Shown one piece after another: positions 49,285 to 58,121 of a stretch of DNA of 60,519 nt (position 1 is the first letter of the stretch; every line of letters begins with the position of its first letter). The notes beneath the pieces are model-generated. The model was not told where the DNA came from and did no database searches. It saw only the letters and a program-made list of their open reading frames with translations. A program made the position numbers and the translations under genes. This DNA is from a virus (Duplodnaviria; Caudoviricetes), in the IMG/VR virus record IMGVR_UViG_3300043394_000652, positions 1 to 60,519 of that record; one strand, given 5' to 3'.

Positions 49285-49886
49285 TGAAAAGATTTTCATT
49301 ATATCTTATATTGATTGTAGCATTTTTATCGCTTGGAATTACTTCTCCAACCTATAAGAATGTTACAATCAATAATAGCGTTTATAGTGTAGTTTACTCA
49401 CAAGATTTTGAACAACCTATTGAAGTTAGGTATACTGTAGAATGTAATAAAAATTCAAAGAAGTATTATAGCCGTAAAGGTATGGATTTCTATGAGGTTA
49501 AAGGCATTCATACTTCAAATAATGCAGACTACTATAATAATGTATGGGACAAGGGTCACATGGCACCCGCAGCAGGCTTTAATTGCAACTACGAGAAGCT
49601 AAAACTTACATTTTCTTATGTGAATTGCGCTCTTCAGCACCAGGACTTAAACAGAGGTGCATGGAAGGAACTTGAAGCATACGAGAAGGAACTTGCGATT
49701 AATAATGTTGTTACAATTGTAATTTATGTTGATTTCTCAGAATCATCCAGATTGCCTTCAGGCGCAATGATTCCAACTGGCTTTAGTAAAATTATCTCAT
49801 TGAATGGAAAAAAGTTTAAGTCCTATTATTTTCCAAATCAATCAATTAAGTCAAATTACGAAAAATATTTAGTAAAAAAGTTCTAA
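49284..49886 (+). CDS. DNA/RNA non-specific endonuclease (NucA/EndA type) with N-terminal signal or TM segment
   Basis: DKGHMAP, TFSYVNCALQ and LNRGAWKELE motifs. Confidence 0.88.
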   Translation: MKRFSLYLILIVAFLSLGITSPTYKNVTINNSVYSVVYSQDFEQPIEVRYTVECNKNSKKYYSRKGMDFYEVKGIHTSNNADYYNNVWDKGHMAPAAGFNCNYEKLKLTFSYVNCALQHQDLNRGAWKELEAYEKELAINNVVTIVIYVDFSESSRLPSGAMIPTGFSKIISLNGKKFKSYYFPNQSIKSNYEKYLVKKF

Positions 49887-49939
49887 AATATTTTTTTGTT
49901 TCAAATATTTTGTTTATATTTGCTATATAAATAAACAAG

Positions 49940-50089
49940 ATGGAAAATAACAATCAAAATAAAAAGCTTACAAAGATTAACATCACACTAGAGGAATGGT
50001 TTGATGCGTTAAAGGTACCTGCCCCATATCGAAATAAAAAGAAGTACTACAGAAAAGAAAAGCACAAAGGAAAGTCTAAAGATTGTTAA
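49940..50089 (+). CDS. 49 aa basic protein with an ArfA-like motif (absent from the ORF track)
   Basis: MENNNQNKKLTKINITLEEWFDALKVPAPYRNKKKYYRKEKHKGKSKDC; TATATTTG box at 49915. Confidence 0.6.
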   Translation: MENNNQNKKLTKINITLEEWFDALKVPAPYRNKKKYYRKEKHKGKSKDC

Positions 50090-50175
50090 TAACTTTAACA
50101 AAAAATTAACATAAAAAGTTTTTAGGATTCAAATGGTTTGATTATATTTACATATCAAATTAAAACAATATAATT

Positions 50176-50379
50176 ATGACAACCACAACTTATATTTACG
50201 AAACAAGCAAAGGAGTAAACCGCGAATCATTTACATCAAATGGTTATGTAACATTAGAAAGAAATGGTTTACATGTTTACGAACATCATTTTGGAAGTTT
50301 GGCTATTAAACTACAAGAACAAATGTTAGTAAATGAATTAGAATCAAGAAATATAAAATATACTTTAATAAAAAATTAA
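50176..50379 (+). CDS. Hypothetical early protein
   Basis: Follows a TATATTTAC promoter box. Confidence 0.6.
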   Translation: MTTTTYIYETSKGVNRESFTSNGYVTLERNGLHVYEHHFGSLAIKLQEQMLVNELESRNIKYTLIKN

Positions 50380-50390
50380 CAATAATTAAT

Positions 50391-50528
50391 ATGAAAGTAA
50401 TCTATATGGAGCAAACGCTAAACTTAATGGCAGCTCAAGATTTAGAAGGGGTTAAAGCCCTTGTTTCCACAGGAATTGTGAAACAAAAAGAATTTGGAAA
50501 CTATTTAGTAATTGAAACAAAATCATAA
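50391..50528 (+). CDS. 45 aa hypothetical protein (absent from the ORF track)
   Basis: MKVIYMEQ...LVIETKS fills the gap and has an AT-rich leader. Confidence 0.55.
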   Translation: MKVIYMEQTLNLMAAQDLEGVKALVSTGIVKQKEFGNYLVIETKS

Positions 50529-50545
50529 CAACAAATATAATTAAC

Positions 50546-50764
50546 ATGGAAAGATTATCAGAAGGATTAGGATTAATTTTAGGTGGAATTGCACTTATTA
50601 TTTTCGCAGCAGTAATATTGGCGTTGCCAGTACAATTATTATGGAATGGATGTTTAGTTGATGCAGTAGACGGAATTCACCCGATTGGATTTTGGCAAGC
50701 AATGGGACTAAATTTCCTATTCTCAATTTTATTTAAAGCATCTACATCTTCAAATAAAAAATAA
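50546..50764 (+). CDS. Small membrane protein
   Basis: Two hydrophobic segments; LLWN...IGFWQA motif. Confidence 0.65.
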   Translation: MERLSEGLGLILGGIALIIFAAVILALPVQLLWNGCLVDAVDGIHPIGFWQAMGLNFLFSILFKASTSSNKK

Positions 50765-51132
50765 TGACCCGAATTAACACAGGTATTCGAGCAAAGGAAT
50801 TGCCAGACAAATTATTATTGGCTGAGCTTAGAGAGATTAAACGAATCCCAAATGTTATTTCAAAAGGAAATTATCGGCTTGAAGGTATACCTGATGAGTT
50901 TACACTTGGAACAGGCCACGTTAAATTCTTTTATAATAAATTAGAATATTTATTGGAAAGATATAATGAACTCAGAGGTGAAGCCTTGAAACGAGGGTTT
51001 AATGTAAGTGACTTTACGGAGGCATGGTCTAATGTGCCTCCGGATTTAATGAATAACTATACCGAAACACAAAGGGATAGGGAAATTCTAATCGAAAGAA
51101 TTTCAGAAAAGGGATTTGAATTATTAAACTAA
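50764..51132 (+). CDS. denV: Pyrimidine-dimer DNA glycosylase (endonuclease V)
   Basis: MTRIN, LAELREIKRI, FTLGTGHVKFFYNKL. Confidence 0.92.
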   Translation: MTRINTGIRAKELPDKLLLAELREIKRIPNVISKGNYRLEGIPDEFTLGTGHVKFFYNKLEYLLERYNELRGEALKRGFNVSDFTEAWSNVPPDLMNNYTETQRDREILIERISEKGFELLN

Positions 51133-51137
51133 ATATT

Positions 51138-51332
51138 ATGTTTCTTTATTTTTTAATGGGTGCTCTATACACTCTATTTACATTATGGGTCAATGATTAT
51201 GTGATTAAAAATGGAGGAGATGAAAAGGATAGAATTACTCATACCGAATCATTAATCCTATTTTTCTTATGGCCAGTGTATGTGTTATTAATTATCGCAT
51301 ATCTTTTGAAACATAATGATAGTGAAAAATAA
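51138..51332 (+). CDS. Small membrane protein
   Basis: Two hydrophobic segments; FLWPV. Confidence 0.6.
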   Translation: MFLYFLMGALYTLFTLWVNDYVIKNGGDEKDRITHTESLILFFLWPVYVLLIIAYLLKHNDSEK

Positions 51333-51363
51333 AACCAATATATAATATTCTAAAACACTTTAT

Positions 51364-51843
51364 ATGAAAGGAAAAATAGCATTAGTAGGTGCTGCAACTT
51401 CAGGCAAAGACTATTTAAGAAAACGATTTATGAATCGAGGCTTTGTGTATGGAGTATCTTGTACTACTCGTCCTCCTCGCCCTGGGGAAGTACATGGTGA
51501 AGATTACTATTTCTTGACCGACGAGGAATTTGAAGCAAATATTGAACGTGGACAATTTGTTGAATGGCAAGCTTTCAATGATTGGAAGTATGGATTAACA
51601 ATCGATGAATTTAATAGATGCGATGTGATGATTTTAAATGCTGAAGCAGTTGAATTACTTGCCGATGAATATAGAAATCGTTTATTTGTAATCTATTTAA
51701 ACATTCCAGAGGAAATCAGAAGAGCCAGATTACATCAACGAAACGACAAAGACGATACTATCGAACGTAGAATTCAGGCGGACAATGAACAATTCGGAAA
51801 CTTTCTGAATTATGATTGTATAATAACTAACGAAAACTTTTAA
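51364..51843 (+). CDS. gmk: Guanylate kinase-like protein
   Basis: GAATSGKD, SCTTRPPRPGEVHGEDYYF, YG. Confidence 0.88.
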   Translation: MKGKIALVGAATSGKDYLRKRFMNRGFVYGVSCTTRPPRPGEVHGEDYYFLTDEEFEANIERGQFVEWQAFNDWKYGLTIDEFNRCDVMILNAEAVELLADEYRNRLFVIYLNIPEEIRRARLHQRNDKDDTIERRIQADNEQFGNFLNYDCIITNENF

Positions 51844-51857
51844 AATAAAAATCAAAG

Positions 51858-52379
51858 ATGGCAAAAACAAAATCATTAAAAGACTTAAAAGACCTTAGAG
51901 CTAAATTGGAGGTTGAAGTAAATGAATTTCAAAAAGAATTGGCTGAAAGAGAATATTCAGTTGACATTGAAAATGCAGCAAATTTAAATGCAATTCTTAC
52001 TCAAATCGACAAAAGTTACGAGTGGAATATTAAGAATGCAGCTTTCTTGATTAATTTATACGATTCTTTACAAGACCAACGTAAAATTAACTTGAATGCT
52101 AAGGAAAGTGAAAAAACAACTACAGTGTTATTGAATAGCATGCAATTAAACACATTGTACACTGTATTAACAAATATCAGTGGTGTTGGAATTGAATCAG
52201 CACGTAGATTCACTAAATTGTTAACTAATGTGGGTGCTCAAATTACAAATGCACTTAACGAAATGGCAGATAACAACAAGTCTATTCAACAAAGACACGT
52301 TGAATTGGCTGAATTGGATTTGGAAATCGAAAAAGCTTCAAAACCAACAGTAGAGGTTGAGCCAGTCTTAAAAAATTAA
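51858..52379 (+). CDS. Hypothetical helical protein
   Basis: 173 aa in-operon ORF. Confidence 0.65.
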   Translation: MAKTKSLKDLKDLRAKLEVEVNEFQKELAEREYSVDIENAANLNAILTQIDKSYEWNIKNAAFLINLYDSLQDQRKINLNAKESEKTTTVLLNSMQLNTLYTVLTNISGVGIESARRFTKLLTNVGAQITNALNEMADNNKSIQQRHVELAELDLEIEKASKPTVEVEPVLKN

Positions 52380-52384
52380 TTGAT

Positions 52385-52921
52385 ATGAAATTAGCAAGTA
52401 AATCTAAAAAACGTTTAGATCTGCTAGAAGCTATTCAGGATGGTATCACTACCCGTGATATTTTCGAAACAATTGACTATAAATCACAGAGTGAGGATAA
52501 GATAAAGCAATTTATCTATCCTCACCTTTTAGAACAATTGACAGATTATATTTCTGAGAAAAAAGGTTTTAGTAGAGGTCTTGCCAAAGAAAAGGCAAGA
52601 ACTATGATTAAATGGGAGGGTAACGTTAACACAACAGTTAAGAACATCCAGTTTATGGGAACTGCGAATCGACCTGATATGACTGTTGAGGGTGAAGGTG
52701 TTACTATTGCAATTGAATTTAAAAAGGGTGATAGAGGTTCAGCTCTTCGTGAAGGATTTGGACAATCTATAATCTACTCAACTGCATATGACTTTGTGAT
52801 GTATATGTTTATTGATACATCAATTGACAGTAAAATCGTAAATGGTTCTACTGCAGTAAATGAACAAAGATTTTTGCAAACTCTTTGGGACAATTTTAAC
52901 ATTAAATTTGCAATCGTATAA
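52385..52921 (+). CDS. PD-(D/E)xK nuclease-fold protein
   Basis: RPDM...IAIEFK...GQSIIY. Confidence 0.65.
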   Translation: MKLASKSKKRLDLLEAIQDGITTRDIFETIDYKSQSEDKIKQFIYPHLLEQLTDYISEKKGFSRGLAKEKARTMIKWEGNVNTTVKNIQFMGTANRPDMTVEGEGVTIAIEFKKGDRGSALREGFGQSIIYSTAYDFVMYMFIDTSIDSKIVNGSTAVNEQRFLQTLWDNFNIKFAIV

Positions 52922-53442
52922 TGAAGGTATTCGTCACATCTAATCAACAGTTTGGAAGAAAGGGTGCTATTAAAGCATATAAAAGACCATTCATCGATAT
53001 TGAGGACATGAATTTACAATTAGTAGAAGCATGGAACTCAGTGGTTTCTAATGATGACATTGTATATGTTTTAGGTAACTTTGCATGGGACCCAGAAACA
53101 TTAGAGGTGATGACCAATGCATTAAATGGAGACATTATTGTAATTTCAGGAGAATATGACAAGGCTGCAAAGGAATTGGCAGAAAGCCTTGGACTATTGG
53201 ACATTGAATATTTACATAATGCAATTGAGTACCACCCTGAAATTAATGCATCGCTATCATATTGGCCATTAAGCGAATGGCAAGGAAAGGCTAAAGGTGC
53301 CTATTCGATTATTGGCTATCCAGATAAAAAATACTTGACAGACCACAAGAAAAAATTAATTAATTGTGCCTGCGACCTATGGGACTTTAAACCTGTGGAG
53401 ATAGAAAAGGTAATCGGTCTATTTGAGGATGTTGTTTCATAA
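52921..53442 (+). CDS. Calcineurin-like phosphoesterase homolog with substituted metal ligands
   Basis: VFVTSNQQFG, RPF, WNSVV...VYVLGNF, ISGEYD, SYWP. Confidence 0.7.
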   Translation: MKVFVTSNQQFGRKGAIKAYKRPFIDIEDMNLQLVEAWNSVVSNDDIVYVLGNFAWDPETLEVMTNALNGDIIVISGEYDKAAKELAESLGLLDIEYLHNAIEYHPEINASLSYWPLSEWQGKAKGAYSIIGYPDKKYLTDHKKKLINCACDLWDFKPVEIEKVIGLFEDVVS

Positions 53443-53522
53443 TTGTTAATAACTTTGTGAAAATAAATTGAAAAATATTTTCACAAGTCAAAGTTTATAG
53501 TTATATTTACATTATAATTAAA
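53443..53522 (+). repeat. 80 bp early-promoter repeat, copy A
   Basis: Differs from 55856-55935 at 5 of 80 positions; contains TTGTTAATAACTTT, the inverted repeat TGTGAAAA/TTTTCACA and TATATTTAC. Confidence 0.85.
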
Positions 53523-53538
53523 AAACAAAACAATCATT

Positions 53539-53829
53539 ATGAAAGCAAATCAAGTTTTAGCAGCAATTACAGAAGGTAAATTTTCAGATGCAGAATTACG
53601 TCAAATCAATGAGGTTTTAGTTGCTCGTTTAAAGGCTAGTCGCCAAGTTAAAAACGCAGCAGCAAAAGCCACATTATCAATTGGAATGAAGGTTATTGTT
53701 AACCATCCTAAATTGGCAAATCGTGAATTTATCCTTACTGAAATTAAGCGATCTAAAGCTACTGTTCGCCCAGAGGGAGATATTTTTGGAGGTTATAATG
53801 TTCCACTAAGTTTAGTTGAAACAATTTAA
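53539..53829 (+). CDS. Hypothetical early protein
   Basis: Follows the early-promoter repeat. Confidence 0.65.
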   Translation: MKANQVLAAITEGKFSDAELRQINEVLVARLKASRQVKNAAAKATLSIGMKVIVNHPKLANREFILTEIKRSKATVRPEGDIFGGYNVPLSLVETI

Positions 53830-53917
53830 CAAAAAATTAACAAAAATATTTTCACGGGTCAAAATTAATAGTTATATTTACACTATAATTAAAACACAAA
53901 TTAAACATATCACATTT

Positions 53918-54514
53918 ATGCCAAGTTACAGAGAATTAACCGAAAACTTTTTACAAACACGTTCAGAATCAGATTTTACTGCGCTATTTTACAAGGTCAA
54001 ACCAGGATTAACATCTTATATTAACAAAATTGTTAAAGATAAAGAGGTTTCAGAGGATATCGCAATTAATACTTTGACTAAGTTATGGACTAAAATCGAC
54101 CAATACGATCCACAATATCAAATCACAACTTGGCTTTACCGTATTGCATTCAATGATGCGCTTGGTTATATTAATAGTCGCAACAAAAAGACATCACTAG
54201 ATGCACTTGCTGATTTTGGTGTTGAAATTAATGAGGCTGGTGAATTTACCACAGGTTTGCAAGGTGCTTTTGAAGAGTATGAAATGAAAACCGAACAAGA
54301 TTTCATTGATGAGGATAACGAAACCATGGAAACTTATGGTAAAGCGTTAAAGGCAATGGAAAACCTTAAGGAAATGTATAAAGGCATTGTAATCGATCGT
54401 TTGATTAATGAAATGAAGTATGAAGATATTGCTGAAAAATACAATCTTCCGCTTCAAACTATCAAGAATCGAATTCGTAGAGGAAAAGCAATCATCGAAG
54501 AAACTATTGCATAA
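53918..54514 (+). CDS. ECF-type sigma-70 factor
   Basis: Region 2 SEDIA...KLWTKIDQYD...TTWLYRIAFN and region 4 YEDIAEKYNLPLQTIKNRIRRGK; likely start MPSYREL at 53918. Confidence 0.9.
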   Translation: MPSYRELTENFLQTRSESDFTALFYKVKPGLTSYINKIVKDKEVSEDIAINTLTKLWTKIDQYDPQYQITTWLYRIAFNDALGYINSRNKKTSLDALADFGVEINEAGEFTTGLQGAFEEYEMKTEQDFIDEDNETMETYGKALKAMENLKEMYKGIVIDRLINEMKYEDIAEKYNLPLQTIKNRIRRGKAIIEETIA

Positions 54515-54726
54515 TGGTAGTTGTAGTTTATAGAAAATCAGAAAGCTCAAAGAAAAAATACATGATAGTATTTCCTGAAGAGCAAAATCCAGACAAATTA
54601 ATTAATGGTAGGGCACGAAAGCCATTAATTCCAGATAACTATATTATTGACGAGATTGGTATTGGTGAAAGATTTATTGAGGACTATAAAAAACAATACA
54701 AAATAAAAACGCACGAAATAGCATAA
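54514..54726 (+). CDS. Hypothetical protein
   Basis: Translationally coupled (TAATG) to the sigma gene. Confidence 0.6.
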   Translation: MVVVVYRKSESSKKKYMIVFPEEQNPDKLINGRARKPLIPDNYIIDEIGIGERFIEDYKKQYKIKTHEIA

Positions 54727-54731
54727 TTTTT

Positions 54732-54761
54732 AACCTGACATTTTTACATGTCAGGTTTTTT
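54732..54761 (+). terminator. Intrinsic terminator overlapping an early-promoter motif
   Basis: AACCTGACA/TGTCAGGTT plus T-run. Confidence 0.75.
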
Positions 54762-54803
54762 GTTTATATTTACATTGTAATTAAAAATTAGAATATATAC
54801 AAT

Positions 54804-55340
54804 ATGAAAGCAATAATGACATTTGAAAAATACACAACCTATGCTGAATTAAGTAAAGGTAAGTGGGGTTCTCCTGAAGAGATGTTGGAGGACGCTAAAT
54901 TTGTTCTTGGAAGGATATTACCGACCAATGATGAAAAATGGATTAAAAATATTGAAGACCAATCCACAAATCAGGGTATTAAATTTCAAGTAACTTTGGA
55001 TGGTGGTGATGTGATTCATATGTACATGATTTCAAAATGGAGAATGAACATGGACTCGTGGGAATTCTATTTAAATAAAAAGAAAATCAAAGTAAATGAT
55101 TTAAGACAAGCATTAGAGGACAAACATATGACTGCCCTTGAAAAATTCTTAAAGTATGCATTTTCATATGATTTCTATGCACAATACATTGATAATGGAG
55201 CTCAATACAAGAGAGCAACCTCAAACAATGATGCAATCGAAAAGGAATTTAAAGCCTTAAGTTCTGCTGATAAAAAGAAAGCAATTGAAGCTTTAGAAAC
55301 AAAATTCGGTAAAGAAGAAGTAGCCAAAGTTTTTAAATAA
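54804..55340 (+). CDS. Hypothetical protein with MKAIMTFEKY tag variant
   Basis: AATATATA ends 4 nt before the ATG. Confidence 0.65.
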   Translation: MKAIMTFEKYTTYAELSKGKWGSPEEMLEDAKFVLGRILPTNDEKWIKNIEDQSTNQGIKFQVTLDGGDVIHMYMISKWRMNMDSWEFYLNKKKIKVNDLRQALEDKHMTALEKFLKYAFSYDFYAQYIDNGAQYKRATSNNDAIEKEFKALSSADKKKAIEALETKFGKEEVAKVFK

Positions 55341-55370
55341 ATTGTTAATAACTTTAACAAAAATTTAACA

Positions 55371-55398
55371 CTCCAGATTTTTTAGTCTGGAGTTTTTT
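55371..55398 (+). terminator. Intrinsic terminator-like hairpin overlapping an early-promoter motif
   Basis: CTCCAGA/TCTGGAG plus T-run. Confidence 0.7.
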
Positions 55399-55431
55399 GT
55401 TTATATTTACATTATAATTAAAAATAAAGAT

Positions 55432-55854
55432 ATGGAACAATATGTTAAAGTAATTCACATTACTGATGAAACCACTGAAGATAGTTTACACTATGTAAAA
55501 CACCATGAACTTGGAATTGACGATGAAATCGAGGTTAGTGAAATCCGCGAAGGAAATCCAAATGTATTTACATCTCCAATACGTATCGATAAAATGTTGG
55601 ATATGTTAACATCAATGGTACGTAGAGGATGTACGCACATTGCAATGGATTATCACTGTGACCATGATGGTTATGATTTCTCTGGATTTGAAATTAGATG
55701 TGCAACTGAAGAAGAGGCCTTGGAACATATTGCAAAGGAGAGTAATCGAAAAGAACTTGAAAATCGTAAGGCACAATTAAGAAAGGAATTGGCTGAGTTA
55801 GAAAAGTCCGGAATGGAGAATATTAAAAAGGATTTTGAAGATTTGCCATTCTAA
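55432..55854 (+). CDS. Hypothetical early protein ending in EDLPF
   Basis: ORF downstream of an early-promoter motif. Confidence 0.65.
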   Translation: MEQYVKVIHITDETTEDSLHYVKHHELGIDDEIEVSEIREGNPNVFTSPIRIDKMLDMLTSMVRRGCTHIAMDYHCDHDGYDFSGFEIRCATEEEALEHIAKESNRKELENRKAQLRKELAELEKSGMENIKKDFEDLPF

Positions 55855-55855
55855 A

Positions 55856-55935
55856 TTGTTAATAACTTTGTGAAAATAAATTGAAAAAAGTTTTCACAGG
55901 TCAAATATTATAGTTATATTTACATTATAATTAAA
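55856..55935 (+). repeat. 80 bp early-promoter repeat, copy B
   Basis: Near-identical to 53443-53522. Confidence 0.85.
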
Positions 55936-55946
55936 ACAATAACATT

Positions 55947-56279
55947 ATGAAAACGTTTAAAGTATTAGATTTTCAAGAAGCAGATAGTTTAACAGTTGGT
56001 TCATCCAATAAAGGTTATATAAATGCAACGTATGGTCAATTGATAGCATCACTAGGAGAACCTACGTATGACGAACCGTCTGGAGATGATAAAGTTCAAG
56101 TAGAATGGGTTGTAGAATTCAATGATGAAATATTTACAATTTATGATTGGAAAACGTACTCAAGAGAATACACTGAAAACAAATTAATGGAGTTTAATAT
56201 AGGTGGTAAAACATATGCTGGAGATTTTATTGATGCATTAGATGCACTTATTAAGTCTAATGTTAAATCATTAAGTTAA
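55947..56279 (+). CDS. Phage hypothetical protein
   Basis: LGEP...DKVQVEW...FTIYDWK...FNIGG pattern seen in phage early genes. Confidence 0.7.
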   Translation: MKTFKVLDFQEADSLTVGSSNKGYINATYGQLIASLGEPTYDEPSGDDKVQVEWVVEFNDEIFTIYDWKTYSREYTENKLMEFNIGGKTYAGDFIDALDALIKSNVKSLS

Positions 56280-56431
56280 TGGACAAGGACAAAGAAACAA
56301 ATTGGATAATCCTTATAATACTATTGACAGGATTTGCTTTTGGATTTATAGTTGCTCAGGCAATATATGATAAAAGACCAATTACAGAAGAAGATTACAG
56401 AGAATCACAAAAAACAGAATGGTATGAATAA
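56279..56431 (+). CDS. 50 aa single-TM protein (absent from the ORF track)
   Basis: MDKDKETNWIILIILLTGFAFGFIVAQAIY...; overlaps both neighbours at the stop/start junctions. Confidence 0.6.
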   Translation: MDKDKETNWIILIILLTGFAFGFIVAQAIYDKRPITEEDYRESQKTEWYE

Positions 56432-56822
56432 AGTACTTTACATAGTAAGAGGTTTGCCTGGAAGCGGTAAATCTACATTTGCAAAAATTTTAACAGGCGG
56501 CTCAGGTCCAACGCATTATGAAGCCGATATGTATTTTATGCAAGATGGAAAATATAAATTCGATGCATCAAAACTTAGATTTGCACATGAATGGTGCAAA
56601 GATAGGGTACTTATGGATATGATGAAAGAGGTACCAGCCATTGGGGTTTCAAACACATTTACCCAAGAGTGGGAAATGCAAGCATATATGGATTTGGCAA
56701 AAGAGTATGGCTATACTGTATTTACAATCATCGTAGAAAACAGACATGGAGGTGTAAATGAACATAATGTACCCGATGAAGTATTAACTAAAATGAGAGA
56801 TCGTTTTGAAATTAAATTGTAA
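56424..56822 (+). CDS. P-loop kinase (AAA_33 / polynucleotide kinase-like)
   Basis: IVRGLPGSGKST, EADMYF, VSNTF, HNVP; likely start at 56424. Confidence 0.85.
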   Translation: MNKVLYIVRGLPGSGKSTFAKILTGGSGPTHYEADMYFMQDGKYKFDASKLRFAHEWCKDRVLMDMMKEVPAIGVSNTFTQEWEMQAYMDLAKEYGYTVFTIIVENRHGGVNEHNVPDEVLTKMRDRFEIKL

Positions 56823-57220
56823 TGTATAAACCATTTAGTATTGCTGACATCAGGGACATTGAGTTGCTTGAAGAGAATATACACAGAGAAGCTTCTGCAA
56901 TTTGGGAGAATGTAAATTTACGTAGAAACAGAAACTTTGAAGAGCTCAAATCATCTGTGCGACAGGGAAAAATCGCAGAACAATGGTTAATTGAAAATCA
57001 TGGTTTCACACAGGCAAGAATTAAATATCATGATGTGGTTAATCCAGACCGAGAATATGTCGAGGTAAAGGCATATTCATATGGAGATATTTTTGCATCA
57101 TTTGTACAAAGAGACTTACAGAAGTACAAAGCTGCAAATTGGTCACAGGCAAAATGGTATGTGCTTTTTAATTGCGTAAATGGTGTTTATAATCACATGG
57201 CAACTGTTAAAATTAAATAA
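56822..57220 (+). CDS. Hypothetical protein, possible PD-(D/E)xK fold
   Basis: GKIAE...HD...VEVK. Confidence 0.5.
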   Translation: MYKPFSIADIRDIELLEENIHREASAIWENVNLRRNRNFEELKSSVRQGKIAEQWLIENHGFTQARIKYHDVVNPDREYVEVKAYSYGDIFASFVQRDLQKYKAANWSQAKWYVLFNCVNGVYNHMATVKIK

Positions 57221-57240
57221 ACTATTTAAATCAATAAATT

Positions 57241-57534
57241 ATGTTAAACAGGAAAAAATTGGCAACTGTAGAAGAGTACATTGCATTAATTTCAAAGGAC
57301 TATCAATTTAATCCAAACCATCCAGATTATTGTGGATTTATTAATATTGACACAAATTCTGCATTTGAATTAGGAGGTGTAGATTTTAGAGAAGTTGCGC
57401 AAAAGATTGCAATGAATCCTGATGCATTTGAGAAAACAGCAAACAAATATGGTTTAACGATCTCATCTGCATATGAAGATGAAATAATTTTTGCAGAATT
57501 GAGCCCAAAACCAAAATTAAACCAATTGTACTAA
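57241..57534 (+). CDS. Hypothetical protein
   Basis: In-operon ORF. Confidence 0.6.
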   Translation: MLNRKKLATVEEYIALISKDYQFNPNHPDYCGFINIDTNSAFELGGVDFREVAQKIAMNPDAFEKTANKYGLTISSAYEDEIIFAELSPKPKLNQLY

Positions 57535-58115
57535 TGAAACTATACACAGAAAAACAGGTTAAAGAATTATTAGATACACAGAAAGGTAATTGTTACGTTG
57601 CAGTTTTAACTGAAACCAAAGATGAGAAGGTTTCAGTTATTGCAGGCTCAGCACCATATCCAGGAGGAGATCAGTTCGATAAACTATATGGAATCGACCC
57701 TGAACAATTACTAATTGAGGACTTGGCAGATAATGAACTTTCATTAAGATATGAACGCTTTAAAAAGGATCTTGCATACTCAAAGGAAAAATACAATGAA
57801 TTGGTTCCAATACTTAATGAAAGAATACAATTGATTGATGCGTTAAAGGAATTAATTGTTGGACTTGCATCTCAAGGAATGTCAACCCTAAATGCTGGTA
57901 ATGATTTAAAGATTGCTGTCGATGAATTGAAGCAATATAAGGAAACTGCAGATAACTTCATGAAACAAATCAATGAAAATAAAAAATTGATTAAGGATTA
58001 TGATGATTGGTCTGAGCGTAAGTTATTTATGCACTGGAAATATTTAACACATTTTAAAGTTGTTAAAGAGGATTGGATAACATGGAAGGCTCAACATAAG
58101 GGCATAATAATATAA
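57534..58115 (+). CDS. Hypothetical coiled-coil protein
   Basis: Translationally coupled ORF. Confidence 0.6.
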   Translation: MKLYTEKQVKELLDTQKGNCYVAVLTETKDEKVSVIAGSAPYPGGDQFDKLYGIDPEQLLIEDLADNELSLRYERFKKDLAYSKEKYNELVPILNERIQLIDALKELIVGLASQGMSTLNAGNDLKIAVDELKQYKETADNFMKQINENKKLIKDYDDWSERKLFMHWKYLTHFKVVKEDWITWKAQHKGIII

Positions 58116-58121
58116 ATAAAA

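Noticed and set aside
53816-53917. N-terminal extension of the sigma ORF given in the track
   Set aside because: It spans an early-promoter motif, so the ATG at 53918 is the more plausible start.
53443-55935. CRISPR array or IS terminal repeats
   Set aside because: The repeats are dispersed promoter cassettes without regular spacers, and no cas or transposase genes are present.
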